The notes under the pieces were generated by a model. The model was not told the DNA's origin and did no database searches. It was given only the letters and a program-made list of their open reading frames with translations. Source: an uncultured Candidatus Saccharibacteria bacterium (GTDB lineage Bacteria > Patescibacteriota > Minisyncoccia > Phycocordibacterales > UBA1006). Taken from it: 64,000 nt of DNA. The translations under genes and the position numbers were made by a program. Positions within the stretch are counted from its first letter, which is position 1. Each line of letters begins with the position of its first letter. The DNA lies in assembly GCA_964464735.1 (NCBI GenBank), contig CAYXKF010000002.1, forward strand, positions 3,833 through 67,832, written 5' to 3'. Of this stretch, positions 1 through 9,443 are shown one piece after another.

Positions 1-99
1 CTTAAGAAAGACAGCAAGCGATACTCCCGCTATTCCCCCGCCTGATATAAGAATCTTTTTGTTTTCCATGAATGTATCGAAAATCTAACATGCAAGTGC

Positions 100-429
100 T
101 TACTCGAGCTCTTTTGAAACTATAGCAATATATGTACCGGCAATCCCCCACAACACGGGTGACCAAAAGGTAATGCCAAGAAAGTCAGACTGAAGATACG
201 CCCACGCGCCAGCATGAGTACCTGCTATATCACAAATGGTACCAAACAAACCAATCCATATAAATATCTTAAGTAACTTTTTTGACTTATGGCGTGCAAT
301 CATCACTGCACTTAAGGCAAACAACAGTATGGCAAGAATCAGTGAATGCGTATACAAAAGAAACACCAAACTAAGTGCGATAACACAAAAAAGAGAATCT
401 ATTATCGTTTTCGTAAATGCTTTTTTCAT
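100..429 (-). CDS. small integral membrane protein (3-4 predicted TM helices), function unknown
   Basis: 109-aa ORF made almost entirely of hydrophobic segments; no recognisable motif. Confidence 0.4.
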   Translation of the reverse strand: MKKAFTKTIIDSLFCVIALSLVFLLYTHSLILAILLFALSAVMIARHKSKKLLKIFIWIGLFGTICDIAGTHAGAWAYLQSDFLGITFWSPVLWGIAGTYIAIVSKELE

Positions 430-432
430 ACA

Positions 433-885
433 TTAATTGGTGATGTTAACTAACCCTTTCATTTGAGGATACAGGTCATCATGATACGCAAAAGGTCCTG
501 CTTTTTTAAACGTAAATGTATACGATTGGCCGGGTTCTAATGTTTTTGTACCAGCATATCCTAAGGTATCGGCAGTAACCTTGTGGGTCACTGTGTCATT
601 ATTTGTCCACATTACTTTTTGACCAGCTTTAATAGTTACTTCGGTTGGAGCAAACCCAGCGCTTGTGATACTGATTTTTGCATTAACAACTTCAGGTACT
701 GGCTTAGGCACAACCGGCGCAGAATCTGTAGGTTTTGTAGTAGGAGTCTCTGTCACCACAAGGGCAGGTTCTTCAACTAAAACTTGCGGCTGTGCTTTTT
801 TCTTAAGCACAACAATGCCGACAACAATAAGCGCGGCTAACACTACAAGCGAAATACCTATGATAAGATGTTTTTTCATATACAA
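433..885 (-). CDS. membrane-anchored cupredoxin-fold (plastocyanin/amicyanin-like) protein that lacks the Cys copper ligand
   Basis: N-terminal TM helix and a Pro/Thr-rich linker, then a C-terminal ~90-aa region with the amicyanin-like pattern 'IKAGQKVMWTNNDTVTHKV...GQSYTFTF..GPFAYHDDLYPQMKGLV'. The expected C-x2-H-x2-M ligands read D..Y..M instead. Confidence 0.5.
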   Translation of the reverse strand: MYMKKHLIIGISLVVLAALIVVGIVVLKKKAQPQVLVEEPALVVTETPTTKPTDSAPVVPKPVPEVVNAKISITSAGFAPTEVTIKAGQKVMWTNNDTVTHKVTADTLGYAGTKTLEPGQSYTFTFKKAGPFAYHDDLYPQMKGLVNITN

Positions 886-896
886 GATTTTTTACA

Positions 897-1301
897 TTAA
901 GCAGAAACAGATTTACCAAGAAGCAGTGCATACACCTTGCGGTTTTGCCAAAGGAAGTAAATATTAATCAACAGTAATACATTTCCCATGATCGCACCCG
1001 CAGCAAACAATCCGCCATCAAGGAACGCATGAAATAAGACGATGTTCAGCGTAATCGGCAAAATCAAAAGTGCAACCAAAGCCATCCGATTCATGATGGT
1101 CAAAATAATCGAAGCCGCAAACACCAACGCCATGGTATACATGACGTATTTTGTGACGTACAGCATGCTAATAAAATCGAAGGCGATCGCTGTGCTATAC
1201 ATATCTGCAGTCGGTTGAGGAAATATCCCCAGCACACCAAGAATAGGCGTGATAATAAGAAGGCACAGGACTACTCGTAAGATGATGTTGATTATTTTCA
1301 T
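897..1301 (-). CDS. integral membrane protein (4 TM), function unknown
   Basis: 134-aa hydrophobic ORF, 4 nt from the upstream gene on the same strand. Confidence 0.4.
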   Translation of the reverse strand: MKIINIILRVVLCLLIITPILGVLGIFPQPTADMYSTAIAFDFISMLYVTKYVMYTMALVFAASIILTIMNRMALVALLILPITLNIVLFHAFLDGGLFAAGAIMGNVLLLINIYFLWQNRKVYALLLGKSVSA

Positions 1302-1347
1302 ATCTAAAAGTATATCATAAACAAGAAAAACTTTTCCGGCACGGTGA

Positions 1348-1776
1348 TTATTTCTTGTCCGAAGATTCTATCACCCATTCAATGCCGTACTTGTCCCGAA
1401 ACATGCCAAAATACGTACCCCAAGGACTGTCGCCCATCGGACCTTCAATCTTTCCACCTACTGAGAGCCCATTGAATAACCTCTCTGCCTCTTCCCTGCT
1501 TTTTGCACTGACTAGGATTTTGCTTCGGTTTTCGTTTTCATTTACCTGACCCATGAACGACGGCACGTCATTTGCGGCAAGCATGCTACCGTTGCCGATT
1601 GGAAGCGCAATCATCATTAGCTTGTTTGCTTCAGTATCGGGTACCTGAAATTCGGGACTTGCAAGATCTTTGAAACGGACCATTTTTGTAAATTCGCCGC
1701 CAAATACTGATTTATAAAACGTAAACGCTTCTTCGGCATTGCCGTTAAAGTTAATCCAAGGATTTATTGTTGCCAT
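1348..1776 (-). CDS. PhnB/VOC (glyoxalase-fold, 3-demethylubiquinone-9 3-methyltransferase-like) family protein
   Basis: 142 aa; 'NPWINFNGNAEEAFTFYKSVFGG...' start and 'WGTYFGMFRDKYGIEW' end are typical of the PhnB-like VOC family. Confidence 0.6.
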   Translation of the reverse strand: MATINPWINFNGNAEEAFTFYKSVFGGEFTKMVRFKDLASPEFQVPDTEANKLMMIALPIGNGSMLAANDVPSFMGQVNENENRSKILVSAKSREEAERLFNGLSVGGKIEGPMGDSPWGTYFGMFRDKYGIEWVIESSDKK

Positions 1777-1957
1777 AGCTTAACGATATCAAATAGCAAC
1801 AGCTTGGTAAAGTTTCTCTTTAACAAAGATTAATTTAGAAACCAAAATTTCCGCTCTGATACAAGGTGCACTAACATCAATATTCGCATAGGGCTTTGGA
1901 ATATATATTACGCTCTTGTTGTAAGTAGAACCCTGATTCGATATACTTTCCCTACCT

Positions 1958-2422
1958 ATGACACTTGATTCAATGATACTTATAAACGCAATAGGATTAT
2001 TCTTTTTCATCGCCGGATTCGTGATTGGACTTGGTGCAGTAACCGTAATAGACATCCATGGATTCCTCGGGCGCACATCTTCGTATTGGACCGAGGCAAC
2101 TACTCGCACACACAAAGTCACCAAGCCGTTAATATGGGCAGGTATTATTCTTGCCATAATTGGTGGATGTATTTACTACCAAGGCGAAAGCTTTTGGGGT
2201 ATTCCGCTTGTCCACACCATTATTGCGCTTGTCCTCATCATCAACGGATGCTTCTTGTCTTTTGTTGTAAGCCCATTCATGCTAAAACGCGAACACCAGG
2301 GTCGTTCTAGTGAACTTATTCCACACGCATGGCAAATAAAAATCATGGCAAGTCTTATTGTATCTGATATTGGCTGGTGGGGCGGATTAGTTTTGCTTGT
2401 AGTGTACATAGTAAGTAAATAG
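1958..2422 (+). CDS. integral membrane protein (4-5 TM), function unknown
   Basis: One of the few plus-strand ORFs; hydrophobic; followed by a rho-independent terminator. Confidence 0.4.
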   Translation: MTLDSMILINAIGLFFFIAGFVIGLGAVTVIDIHGFLGRTSSYWTEATTRTHKVTKPLIWAGIILAIIGGCIYYQGESFWGIPLVHTIIALVLIINGCFLSFVVSPFMLKREHQGRSSELIPHAWQIKIMASLIVSDIGWWGGLVLLVVYIVSK

Positions 2423-2425
2423 CAA

Positions 2426-2448
2426 AAAGCGCCGCATGGCGTTTTTTG
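2426..2448 (+). terminator. rho-independent terminator
   Basis: gcgcc-gcat-ggcgt hairpin followed by TTTTTT, directly after the 1958..2422 stop. Confidence 0.55.
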
Positions 2449-2556
2449 TATAAGGTTTTTAGGGTCTAATGGAGAAATTGTTTTAGTGTACAAAATTAAC
2501 AACCAAAGTTTGATTAACAAAGGCTGGGATATATACCGGCTTTTTTGTACTTAAAA

Positions 2557-3093
2557 TTAATAGAGCTCAGGGTGCTCGAGCTGGACCATTGCCATGATAA
2601 TGGCATATCTTGTTTGATCTTCTCGGGGCATTCTTCCTTTGGTAAGTATACCAACAATACCGCCTGGCAGACTCCCCGCCTTTTCATGCTCAGTAAGTCC
2701 ACTTTTCTTAAAAGCCTGACTTCCATCCATTCCATTCAAAATTAACTGGGTGACCTTCCGAGGCCATTCAAAAGCAGGAGAAAGACCCAGGGCAATATTT
2801 CTTCCATCATAAATTGCACAAGCGGCTGTTTCTAAAAAACCACTTTTCGAACCAGGAACCCCGATAAGTCCGCTTTCAATACCAAAACTATAATCAGCAT
2901 TATCAAAAGCTTGTTTTGCCCGTTCTATTGCCCCCTCGACCACCTCTTGTATATTTTTAGGATGACCAAATTGTTCAATCTTTACATCTACACCAAAGAC
3001 TTCTGCATCTGGGAAAATCCCAGGGTACATTTTTACCGCATCTTTTACCGATTCTATTTTGGTAATATTTTGTGAGCCAACATTTATTTTCAT
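2557..3093 (-). CDS. inosine/xanthosine triphosphatase (non-canonical NTPase, YjjX/DUF84 family)
   Basis: 178 aa; N-terminal 'KINVGSQN..K' and overall length/composition match the YjjX-type NTPase family. Confidence 0.6.
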   Translation of the reverse strand: MKINVGSQNITKIESVKDAVKMYPGIFPDAEVFGVDVKIEQFGHPKNIQEVVEGAIERAKQAFDNADYSFGIESGLIGVPGSKSGFLETAACAIYDGRNIALGLSPAFEWPRKVTQLILNGMDGSQAFKKSGLTEHEKAGSLPGGIVGILTKGRMPREDQTRYAIIMAMVQLEHPELY

Positions 3094-3114
3094 AGATACT
3101 TATTTTACTTTAAT

Positions 3115-3648
3115 TTATGAATACGAGTGACTAACAATACATTTTACGGCATCCAAAAGTGTTTCTGCTGTATAAGTCGCTTGCTTAGCAACAACCGGAA
3201 TATTTGCAGTTTTTACAAGTATAGTTTTTGCTCCAGCGTTAATTCCCGCATTCACGTCCGATTCGCGATCACCTACCATATAAATATTGGCAAGATTAAG
3301 ATTAAATTCCTCTGCTGCATCTAAAATCATCTTAGGTTTTGGCTTTCGGCAAATACAGTTATCATTTGGCCCATGTGGGCACATAAACGTTTTTAAAATT
3401 TTTATCCCACTTGGTGCAAGCATTTCTAAAACTTTATTATTGATGCGATAAAAATCATTAACGGTTATTCTTCCCTCGGATATTCCGGCCTGATTCGTAA
3501 CAATAATAACCGCAAAATCATGATCGGCAAGATATTTTAATGCTTCGATGCTGTCAGGAAAAAGCTCGATCTTCTCTTCGGTATCAACCCGCTCATCAGG
3601 CGGATCAACAATAATGGTACCATCGCGATCAAGTAAGACTACTTTCAT
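3115..3648 (-). CDS. HAD-IIIA phosphatase, GmhB-like (D,D-heptose 1,7-bisphosphate / histidinol-phosphate phosphatase family)
   Basis: 'LLDRDGTI' HAD motif I, 'VTNQ' motif II and the Zn-binding 'CPHGPNDNCICRKPKP' signature of GmhB. The ORF track extends to 3831, but the ATG at 3648 (MKVVLLDRDG) is the plausible start. Confidence 0.65.
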   Translation of the reverse strand: MKVVLLDRDGTIIVDPPDERVDTEEKIELFPDSIEALKYLADHDFAVIIVTNQAGISEGRITVNDFYRINNKVLEMLAPSGIKILKTFMCPHGPNDNCICRKPKPKMILDAAEEFNLNLANIYMVGDRESDVNAGINAGAKTILVKTANIPVVAKQATYTAETLLDAVKCIVSHSYS

Positions 3649-3735
3649 GGCGATAGTATAACAGATTTTTATCTTACCCCGAACGCTGAATGAATTTCGA
3701 AAAGCTATTATCAGTGAAAATGCTATAATTCCGAG

Positions 3736-4302
3736 ATGAAAGAAATTATCGGGGGCATCGCCACCGTACTCACATTTGTTGCCTATATTCCATACTACCG
3801 AGACATACTTAAGGGTAAAACCCGCCCGCATGTTTATAGCTGGTCATTGTGGGGACTTTTAACAATCTTGATAGTTGCCCTTCAAATCAAAGGTGGCGCA
3901 GGACCCGCCACCTGGGTAACAGCCGCCGCGGGTTTGCTTTGTATTGGAGTGGTTATTTTGAGCCTTAAAAACGGTAAAAGAGATATTACCTACTCTGATA
4001 CAATCACAGCCATTTTATCATTAATAGCCATTGGATTTTGGGTAATAGCTAAACAACCTGTCATTTCAATTATTTTGGTAGTCATTGCTGACATATTAGC
4101 ATTCTTTCCGACAGTGCGTAAGTCATGGAATCAGCCCCATACGGAAACGGTATCGCTATATGCAACAAACGCACTTCGTTTTGCTTTAGCAATTCTTGCA
4201 GTTGAACACTACAGCATTCTTTCCACTCTCTGGATTGCAGTATGGGCTGCAGCAAATGGATTATTTTCGATTATGCTGGTTATAAGACGTAAATATAAGT
4301 AA
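3736..4302 (+). CDS. integral membrane protein (6 TM), function unknown
   Basis: 188-aa hydrophobic ORF. Confidence 0.4.
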   Translation: MKEIIGGIATVLTFVAYIPYYRDILKGKTRPHVYSWSLWGLLTILIVALQIKGGAGPATWVTAAAGLLCIGVVILSLKNGKRDITYSDTITAILSLIAIGFWVIAKQPVISIILVVIADILAFFPTVRKSWNQPHTETVSLYATNALRFALAILAVEHYSILSTLWIAVWAAANGLFSIMLVIRRKYK

Positions 4303-4377
4303 ACCTCAAAAAATGTCCCCGTAGGGTACTTCTAGAATCGGTAAACAGTATTCTCGAACTGGAGAAAGCCTTACTGC

Positions 4378-4408
4378 AAAAGAAAAAGAGAGCACTTTCG
4401 TGCTCTCT
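4378..4408 (-). terminator. rho-independent terminator (serves minus-strand gene 4476..5207; hairpin is symmetric)
   Basis: Perfect gagagcac-tttc-gtgctctc hairpin at 4388..4407 with an A-run on the plus strand, which is a T-run on the minus strand. Confidence 0.5.
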
Positions 4409-4475
4409 CATCCTATAGTGCTCGGGATCGTTGAACGTGTTAGAGCCTGGTTGATTCAAAATGAAATATTCTTAC

Positions 4476-5207
4476 CTAATCTGGAAGACCGGCAAGATCA
4501 TTTTCACTTGCAGCTATAACTAAAAAAATAAGTTTCCCATAGAAGACATAAACCCAGACAGACTGCATTGTCTCTGTATTAGCGTACCCATACGAATAGA
4601 CATTTTGATGATCAAAATTCCATCGTAATGTTTCTTGTATCTCTTTTGGTATTAAATCAATTCTCTCATAAAAAGCATGTTTCATTATAAAATCGTCTGG
4701 CATTTTTTGCTTGAACGTGTAAAAAAATAGACACTTTGTATATTTCTGTATAATCCTGTGGTAAATCTTCCAATCATCTTCAGATATATGTAAGAGCGCT
4801 TTTGGAATACGGGTTCCATCTTGATAAGTTATGTAAGCTGGAGCCATCTTTTTTAAAAGGTTTGCTGCTTTACCAGGAGCTTTCTCCATAGATCTTTTTA
4901 TTTTTCCTTTTAGAATATTGTCAGGGATGGAAGATTCTTCGCCAGAGGAGAGCGTTATCAAAAAGGTTCTAAAAAGTTCCTCATGGTGAGAATAGCTTTG
5001 GTTACAGGTTCTACATGTTGGAACAATAATTAGATCTTCGGTTCTGCCCTTAAAATAATCATCTGGAAATAAGTTTCGAGACACTGCGTGTTCTCGTGTA
5101 ATATTTTCAGTAGAAAGGCAAAATATACATCTTTTTTCTTGCTCTTCATTTGAAAATCCCATTTTATGAATATACAGCATTATGAGATTAAAGTCAGCGT
5201 TTTTCAA
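4476..5207 (-). CDS. HNH-endonuclease-domain protein (N-terminal CxxC..EH..CxxCN module plus a C-terminal domain of unknown function)
   Basis: 'CIFCLSTENITREHAVSRNLFP...PTCRTCNQSYSHH' resembles an HNH/zinc-finger nuclease motif. It lies immediately next to the tRNA-Asn 3' end. Confidence 0.45.
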   Translation of the reverse strand: MKNADFNLIMLYIHKMGFSNEEQEKRCIFCLSTENITREHAVSRNLFPDDYFKGRTEDLIIVPTCRTCNQSYSHHEELFRTFLITLSSGEESSIPDNILKGKIKRSMEKAPGKAANLLKKMAPAYITYQDGTRIPKALLHISEDDWKIYHRIIQKYTKCLFFYTFKQKMPDDFIMKHAFYERIDLIPKEIQETLRWNFDHQNVYSYGYANTETMQSVWVYVFYGKLIFLVIAASENDLAGLPD

Positions 5208-5366
5208 TTTGGCTCGAACCTAAGTAAAATATATAAAAACCATATTTATCAAGCCTTCTTACGAAAGCAAGGTTTTTACTCAAGAATAGATTTTTCTCCG
5301 CTCGAACCTAAAAAGCGGCTTGCCCTTAAAGAACAAAACACCACTTTCGTGGCGTCTGTTCCTTCT

Positions 5367-5441
5367 TGGCTCCGGGAGCAGGATTCGAACCTGCGACCAA
5401 TCGCTTAACAGGCGACTGCTCTACCGCTGAGCTATCCCGGA
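5367..5441 (-). tRNA. tRNA-Asn (anticodon GTT), genome-encoded CCA
   Basis: Folded by hand into a 75-nt cloverleaf: acceptor tccggga/tcccgga, D-stem gctc/gagc, anticodon stem gtcgc/gcgat with loop cTGTTaa, T-arm gcagg-ttcgaat-cctgc, discriminator g, then CCA. Confidence 0.85.
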
Positions 5442-5512
5442 ATATCTAAACTTACAAGGCCCATCTTGTAGGATGAGCCTTGCTAATATAGCAAAATCTT
5501 AAGATAAATCAA

Positions 5513-5740
5513 TTACTTGCGACCCTTGGCATATGCCGCATTTAAGGCAACACATTCGGGGGTTTTATCTTGTACCTGGCAGCGCAATTTATGCACTTCG
5601 GCCTCTAGGCTTTGGGCATATTCTCCCCCGCCGCCCAATTTATCAAACAGGTACAAAAAGCACAGCGACCCGACAATCAGGACGGTAAAGTAAATAAACG
5701 GGCGCAGGGCTCTCCAAATCATATATATCCAGTATAGCAA
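5513..5740 (-). CDS. small membrane-anchored protein, function unknown
   Basis: 75 aa, one N-terminal TM, a Gly4 stretch, and a C-terminal region with two Cys. Confidence 0.3.
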   Translation of the reverse strand: MLYWIYMIWRALRPFIYFTVLIVGSLCFLYLFDKLGGGGEYAQSLEAEVHKLRCQVQDKTPECVALNAAYAKGRK

Positions 5741-5767
5741 AACCGCCGGCTTTATAAAGCGGCGGTT
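5741..5767 (-). terminator. putative terminator hairpin downstream of ndk
   Basis: aaccgccg-(11 nt loop)-cggcggtt 8-bp stem just 3' of the ndk stop; weak T-run. Confidence 0.35.
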
Positions 5768-5778
5768 GTTGCAAGTAA

Positions 5779-6363
5779 TTACATGTCGATACCAAAGCGT
5801 TTGTATTCGAAGGTCTTGATGTCCCCGAACCAGTGCTTGATTTCGTGCGCCGCTTCTTCGGCAGTTTCAGAACAGTGTACGATGTTCATAACCGCGCGCT
5901 TTTCTTTGTTGGCCATTGCAGGCGAATCGATTGAAAAGTCTCCACGGATGGTTCCCACTTCGGCCAAGTATGGCATGGTTGGACCGGCAATCTTGCGTAC
6001 CACATCTACGGCATGGACACCTTGCACTACCATCTTTACCAACGGTGCAGATGTCATGTAGTCGATAAGCCACTTGCGGATTTCGGGACCGATCTTTGCT
6101 GCGTCAGTTGTGCCAAAGTCAGCTTGTGCATCGTATCCATATTTTTCGTAGGTCGAAAGCGTCTTGTTTCCTAAACGAGTAATCCATTCTTCACTTTTTG
6201 GATAGTGGTCGTTAATCTGATCGAATGATGGCTGAAACATTTCAAGCGCAACGATCTTAAGATCGCGTTGTTCAAGTCGTTTGATCACTTCGCCAGTCAG
6301 GCCTTTCATGACGCCGTCAGGCTTAAGCATTACATATGTTTTTTCTTCTTTCGGGTTGTACAT
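5779..6363 (-). CDS. ndk: nucleoside diphosphate kinase
   Basis: 'VMLKPDGV' nucleotide-binding start and the catalytic 'NIVHCSETAEEAAHEIKHWFG' (NxxHgSDS-type) motif. The ATG at 6363 is chosen over the longer ORF start. Confidence 0.85.
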   Translation of the reverse strand: MYNPKEEKTYVMLKPDGVMKGLTGEVIKRLEQRDLKIVALEMFQPSFDQINDHYPKSEEWITRLGNKTLSTYEKYGYDAQADFGTTDAAKIGPEIRKWLIDYMTSAPLVKMVVQGVHAVDVVRKIAGPTMPYLAEVGTIRGDFSIDSPAMANKEKRAVMNIVHCSETAEEAAHEIKHWFGDIKTFEYKRFGIDM

Positions 6364-6486
6364 ATCTATATAGTTGATTGTTGAATAATGACGCAATACT
6401 AACAGATGAGACAAAAAAAGCAACGAAAAAGCCTCCTATTTTCAGGAAGCCTCTCATTTTGACCTTTGATCGCTCATTATTACACT

Positions 6487-6717
6487 TTAGATGTTTTCAG
6501 CCCAGCTGAACCATCTTTTTGTGCGGCTATAGAGAAAATCTGTCGGTATTGGTAAATACTGGACTGTAGTGCTTACCAGAATTACCGCAAATCCTCCCAT
6601 AGCATTTTCAACCGTTGCTCCAGCAAACATACAGATAAAGCATGCTCCGATAATTGCCAGAATAGAGTTGACCCTTAGAGCGAACCATAAACAGGTCCAT
6701 TGATCCTTTGTATTCAT
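6487..6717 (-). CDS. small membrane protein (2 TM), function unknown
   Basis: 76-aa hydrophobic ORF. Confidence 0.3.
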   Translation of the reverse strand: MNTKDQWTCLWFALRVNSILAIIGACFICMFAGATVENAMGGFAVILVSTTVQYLPIPTDFLYSRTKRWFSWAENI

Positions 6718-6822
6718 AACCTAAGTTTTGAAAAATGATACCTTATTTATCAGAAAAGTCAATATTCTCAAACCCAAACAAAAACCGGCGAAAGCCGGTT
6801 TTTGTGTTTGAATATAAATAGA

Positions 6823-7293
6823 TTACCAAGCAAGGTGAGCAAACGCTTTGTTGGCATCTGCCATCTTGTGCGTATCCTCTTTCTTCTTTACCGCATTTCC
6901 TTCGTTCTTGCTTGCAAGAACAATTTCCTCGGCAAGACGCTCTGCCATTTTTGTTCCCTTTTTGCCGCGGGCTTCGCCAACGATCCATCGAAGGGCCAAG
7001 ATTGTTCGTCGGTCTGGGCGAACTTCGCGCGGAATCTGATAGTTCGAACCACCAACTCGGCGTGATCGCACCTCCATGGTCGGAGCAGCATTCTTCATCG
7101 CAAGATCAAATACTTCAAGTGGATCCTGGTTGCCGGTTTTTTCCTTGATCAGTTCAAAGGCATCGTAAACAATTGTCTGTGCAACCGTCTTTTTACCTGA
7201 CCACATGACGTAGTTCATCAGGCGAGATACTTTTTCCGAACCGTATTTCTGGTCGGCTACTACTATATTTTTTCGTTTGATTGGTCGTCGCAT
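6823..7293 (-). CDS. rpsG: 30S ribosomal protein S7
   Basis: Full-length S7 similarity; sits directly after rpsL. Confidence 0.9.
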   Translation of the reverse strand: MRRPIKRKNIVVADQKYGSEKVSRLMNYVMWSGKKTVAQTIVYDAFELIKEKTGNQDPLEVFDLAMKNAAPTMEVRSRRVGGSNYQIPREVRPDRRTILALRWIVGEARGKKGTKMAERLAEEIVLASKNEGNAVKKKEDTHKMADANKAFAHLAW

Positions 7294-7298
7294 ATAAA

Positions 7299-7709
7299 TT
7301 ATTTAGGTCGCTTGGTACCGTAGCGAGATCGGGCCTGTCGGCGCTTAGCAACACCTTGGGTATCAAGGCGTCCACGTACTACCGTGTAACGTACTCCAGT
7401 AAGGTCCTTAACGCGACCACCACGGATGATAACTACCGAGTGTTCCTGAAGGTTGTGTCCTTCACCAGGAATGTAAGCAGTTACTTCCATGCGGTTGGTC
7501 AAACGTACGCGGGCAATTTTTCGAAGCGCCGAGTTAGGCTTTTTAGGAGTCGTAGTCGTTACCTTAGTACATACGCCGCGCTTAAATGGAGATGCGTATG
7601 AAGTCGGCTTGTTTTCAAGCGCATTGAAACCGCGCGACAAAGCCACCGCTTTACTTTTGCGGGTTACCTTTTTTCGATTGCGGCGCACTAATTGGTTCAA
7701 TGTTGGCAT
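7299..7709 (-). CDS. rpsL: 30S ribosomal protein S12
   Basis: Near-identical to the canonical S12 core '[28 protein letters not shown]...[26 protein letters not shown]'. Confidence 0.95.
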   Translation of the reverse strand: MPTLNQLVRRNRKKVTRKSKAVALSRGFNALENKPTSYASPFKRGVCTKVTTTTPKKPNSALRKIARVRLTNRMEVTAYIPGEGHNLQEHSVVIIRGGRVKDLTGVRYTVVRGRLDTQGVAKRRQARSRYGTKRPK

Positions 7710-7748
7710 AGGTGATAGATTACTTATTTTATCGTATTTAGCAAGGGC

Positions 7749-8288
7749 TTATTTTTTAAACGGAACACCAAGGTATTCGTAGAACATCTGCCCTTCTTTT
7801 TTTGATCCGGCGGTCGACACCAATGTAACAGCAAGGCTAAATACATCACGGACGTCTTCGTTTGCCGTTTCAGGGAAAATCGTATGCTCGCGGACACCGA
7901 ACGTCAGGTTACCAATGTTATCAACCGAGTCCTTTGAAAGACCGCGAAAGTCCTTAGTTCGAGGAAGCGCAATGTGGATTAGTTTATCCAAAAAGTCACG
8001 CATGCGTTCACCACGAAGTGTCACATACTGCCCTACGGCGTCACCAGTGCGGATCTTAAATCCTGCGATTGATTTTTTAGCAGCAGTAGCCGAAGGCTTT
8101 TGGCCGGTAATTTTAGCCAAACGTTCTGCAACGTGCTTTTGAAATTCACGGTCAACCTTAGCGCGCTTACCCGTACCGACGCTGATGACAATTTTTTGCA
8201 ATCGAGGAGCCGCAAGCTTATTAGTGTAGCCGCCTTGGTCTTTCAGAGCCTGATATGCATTATCCAGTTTTTGCTTCATCGTTTCCAT
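7749..8288 (-). CDS. rplE: 50S ribosomal protein L5
   Basis: L5 signature '..LTFGVREHTIFPE..' and length. Confidence 0.85.
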   Translation of the reverse strand: METMKQKLDNAYQALKDQGGYTNKLAAPRLQKIVISVGTGKRAKVDREFQKHVAERLAKITGQKPSATAAKKSIAGFKIRTGDAVGQYVTLRGERMRDFLDKLIHIALPRTKDFRGLSKDSVDNIGNLTFGVREHTIFPETANEDVRDVFSLAVTLVSTAGSKKEGQMFYEYLGVPFKK

Positions 8289-8289
8289 A

Positions 8290-8607
8290 TTACTTTATTT
8301 CTTGTCCTGAACGCTTAGTAATGCGCATCTTTTTTCCAGATACTTGCTTAAAACCAACACGCGAATGCTTGCCTGTTTTGCTGTCGACAATCATGACGTT
8401 TGATGCATGAATCGGGGTAGCCATATCGATAAGTTGCGGCTTTGCACCCTTGATGTTTGCACGCTTCTTTTTTGAAACAACACGGACACCTTCGACGATA
8501 ACCATGTTAGCATCACGAAGTACGCGTACTACGCTTCCCTTCTTTCCCTTATCTGCACCGGTCATAACCATGACGGTATCTCCTTTTTTGATCTTCAGTG
8601 ATTTCAT
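8290..8607 (-). CDS. rplX: 50S ribosomal protein L24
   Basis: KOW motif 'KIKKGDTVMVMTGADKGKKGSV'. Confidence 0.85.
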   Translation of the reverse strand: MKSLKIKKGDTVMVMTGADKGKKGSVVRVLRDANMVIVEGVRVVSKKKRANIKGAKPQLIDMATPIHASNVMIVDSKTGKHSRVGFKQVSGKKMRITKRSGQEIK

Positions 8608-8610
8608 ATA

Positions 8611-8979
8611 TTAAATAACTTCGGGTGCAAGTGATGCGATTTTCTGGAATCCTTTTTCAGCAAGTTCGCGTGGAATGGGGCCAAAGATACGTCCACCCTT
8701 AGGCTCTTTACCTTTTTCCAAAATAACGACTGCGTTTTCGTCGAAGCGAATGTACGAACCGTCCTTGCGGCGAAATGCTGTCTTTTGGCGTACAATAACT
8801 CCGCGAACAACGTCCTTCTTTTTAACTGCCTTGCGAGGTTCTGCAACCTTGATCGAAAGAACCACAATATCACCAAGCTGCGCGTAGCGGCGCTTTGACG
8901 CACCAAGCACTTTAAACACACGCCCGTGCTTTGCACCAGTGTTATCTGCAATTAAGATGTTTGAGCCTTCTTGAATCAT
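8611..8979 (-). CDS. rplN: 50S ribosomal protein L14
   Basis: '[17 protein letters not shown]' and overall L14 similarity. Confidence 0.9.
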   Translation of the reverse strand: MIQEGSNILIADNTGAKHGRVFKVLGASKRRYAQLGDIVVLSIKVAEPRKAVKKKDVVRGVIVRQKTAFRRKDGSYIRFDENAVVILEKGKEPKGGRIFGPIPRELAEKGFQKIASLAPEVI

Positions 8980-8983
8980 ATAA

Positions 8984-9253
8984 TTATGCGGTTGCTACGA
9001 TATACGACTTGTCTTTTGAAATCGGGCGGCATGCCTTAATTTTAACGGCAGTACCAGGCATGATGTTCGCAGCATCGTCGGCATGTACTTTAAATTTCTT
9101 ACTAACGGTGTAGTACTTTCCGTATCGAGGGTGCTTGATAAAACGATCAATCTTAACGATCAATGTTTTTTGCATCTTGTTTGAAACAACGACACCTGAA
9201 ATCAGTTTCGCTTTTGCCTCGGTCTTTGGTTTTGCGGTAATGGTTTTTTTCAT
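8984..9253 (-). CDS. rpsQ: 30S ribosomal protein S17
   Basis: 89 aa, S17-like, positioned between L29 and L14. Confidence 0.8.
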   Translation of the reverse strand: MKKTITAKPKTEAKAKLISGVVVSNKMQKTLIVKIDRFIKHPRYGKYYTVSKKFKVHADDAANIMPGTAVKIKACRPISKDKSYIVATA

Positions 9254-9262
9254 AAATAGTGA

Positions 9263-9439
9263 TTATGCGGCCTTTTTCAAAGCGGTCTGTATTCTACTGA
9301 TTGTCGTGCGAAGCGCAAGCTTTTTAGTCGTATCCTTTTCGGTCATCGAAAATCGCATATCGCGAAGTTCGGCGCTTTTTTCGGCATATAGCTTAACAAG
9401 TTCTTCTTTGGTCTTTTTAGCGATATCAGGGTATTTCAT
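9263..9439 (-). CDS. rpmC: 50S ribosomal protein L29
   Basis: Not in the ORF track because it is under 60 aa. Manual translation of the minus strand gives MKYPDIAKKTKEELVKLYAEKSAELRDMRFSMTEKDTTKKLALRTTISRIQTALKKAA, which is L29-like and sits between rplP and rpsQ. Confidence 0.75.
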   Translation of the reverse strand: MKYPDIAKKTKEELVKLYAEKSAELRDMRFSMTEKDTTKKLALRTTISRIQTALKKAA

Positions 9440-9443
9440 ATAA

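Noticed and set aside
3649-3831. N-terminal 61-codon extension of the GmhB-like ORF given by the ORF track
   Set aside because: The HAD motif I (DRDGT) must lie within ~10 residues of the true N-terminus. The ATG at 3648 gives MKVVLLDRDGT, whereas the extension is hydrophobic junk overlapping the divergent promoter of 3736..4302.
6743-7148. Overlapping ORFs on both strands within rpsG
   Set aside because: They overlap a confidently identified S7 gene, and their Arg/Cys-rich composition is typical of out-of-frame translation.
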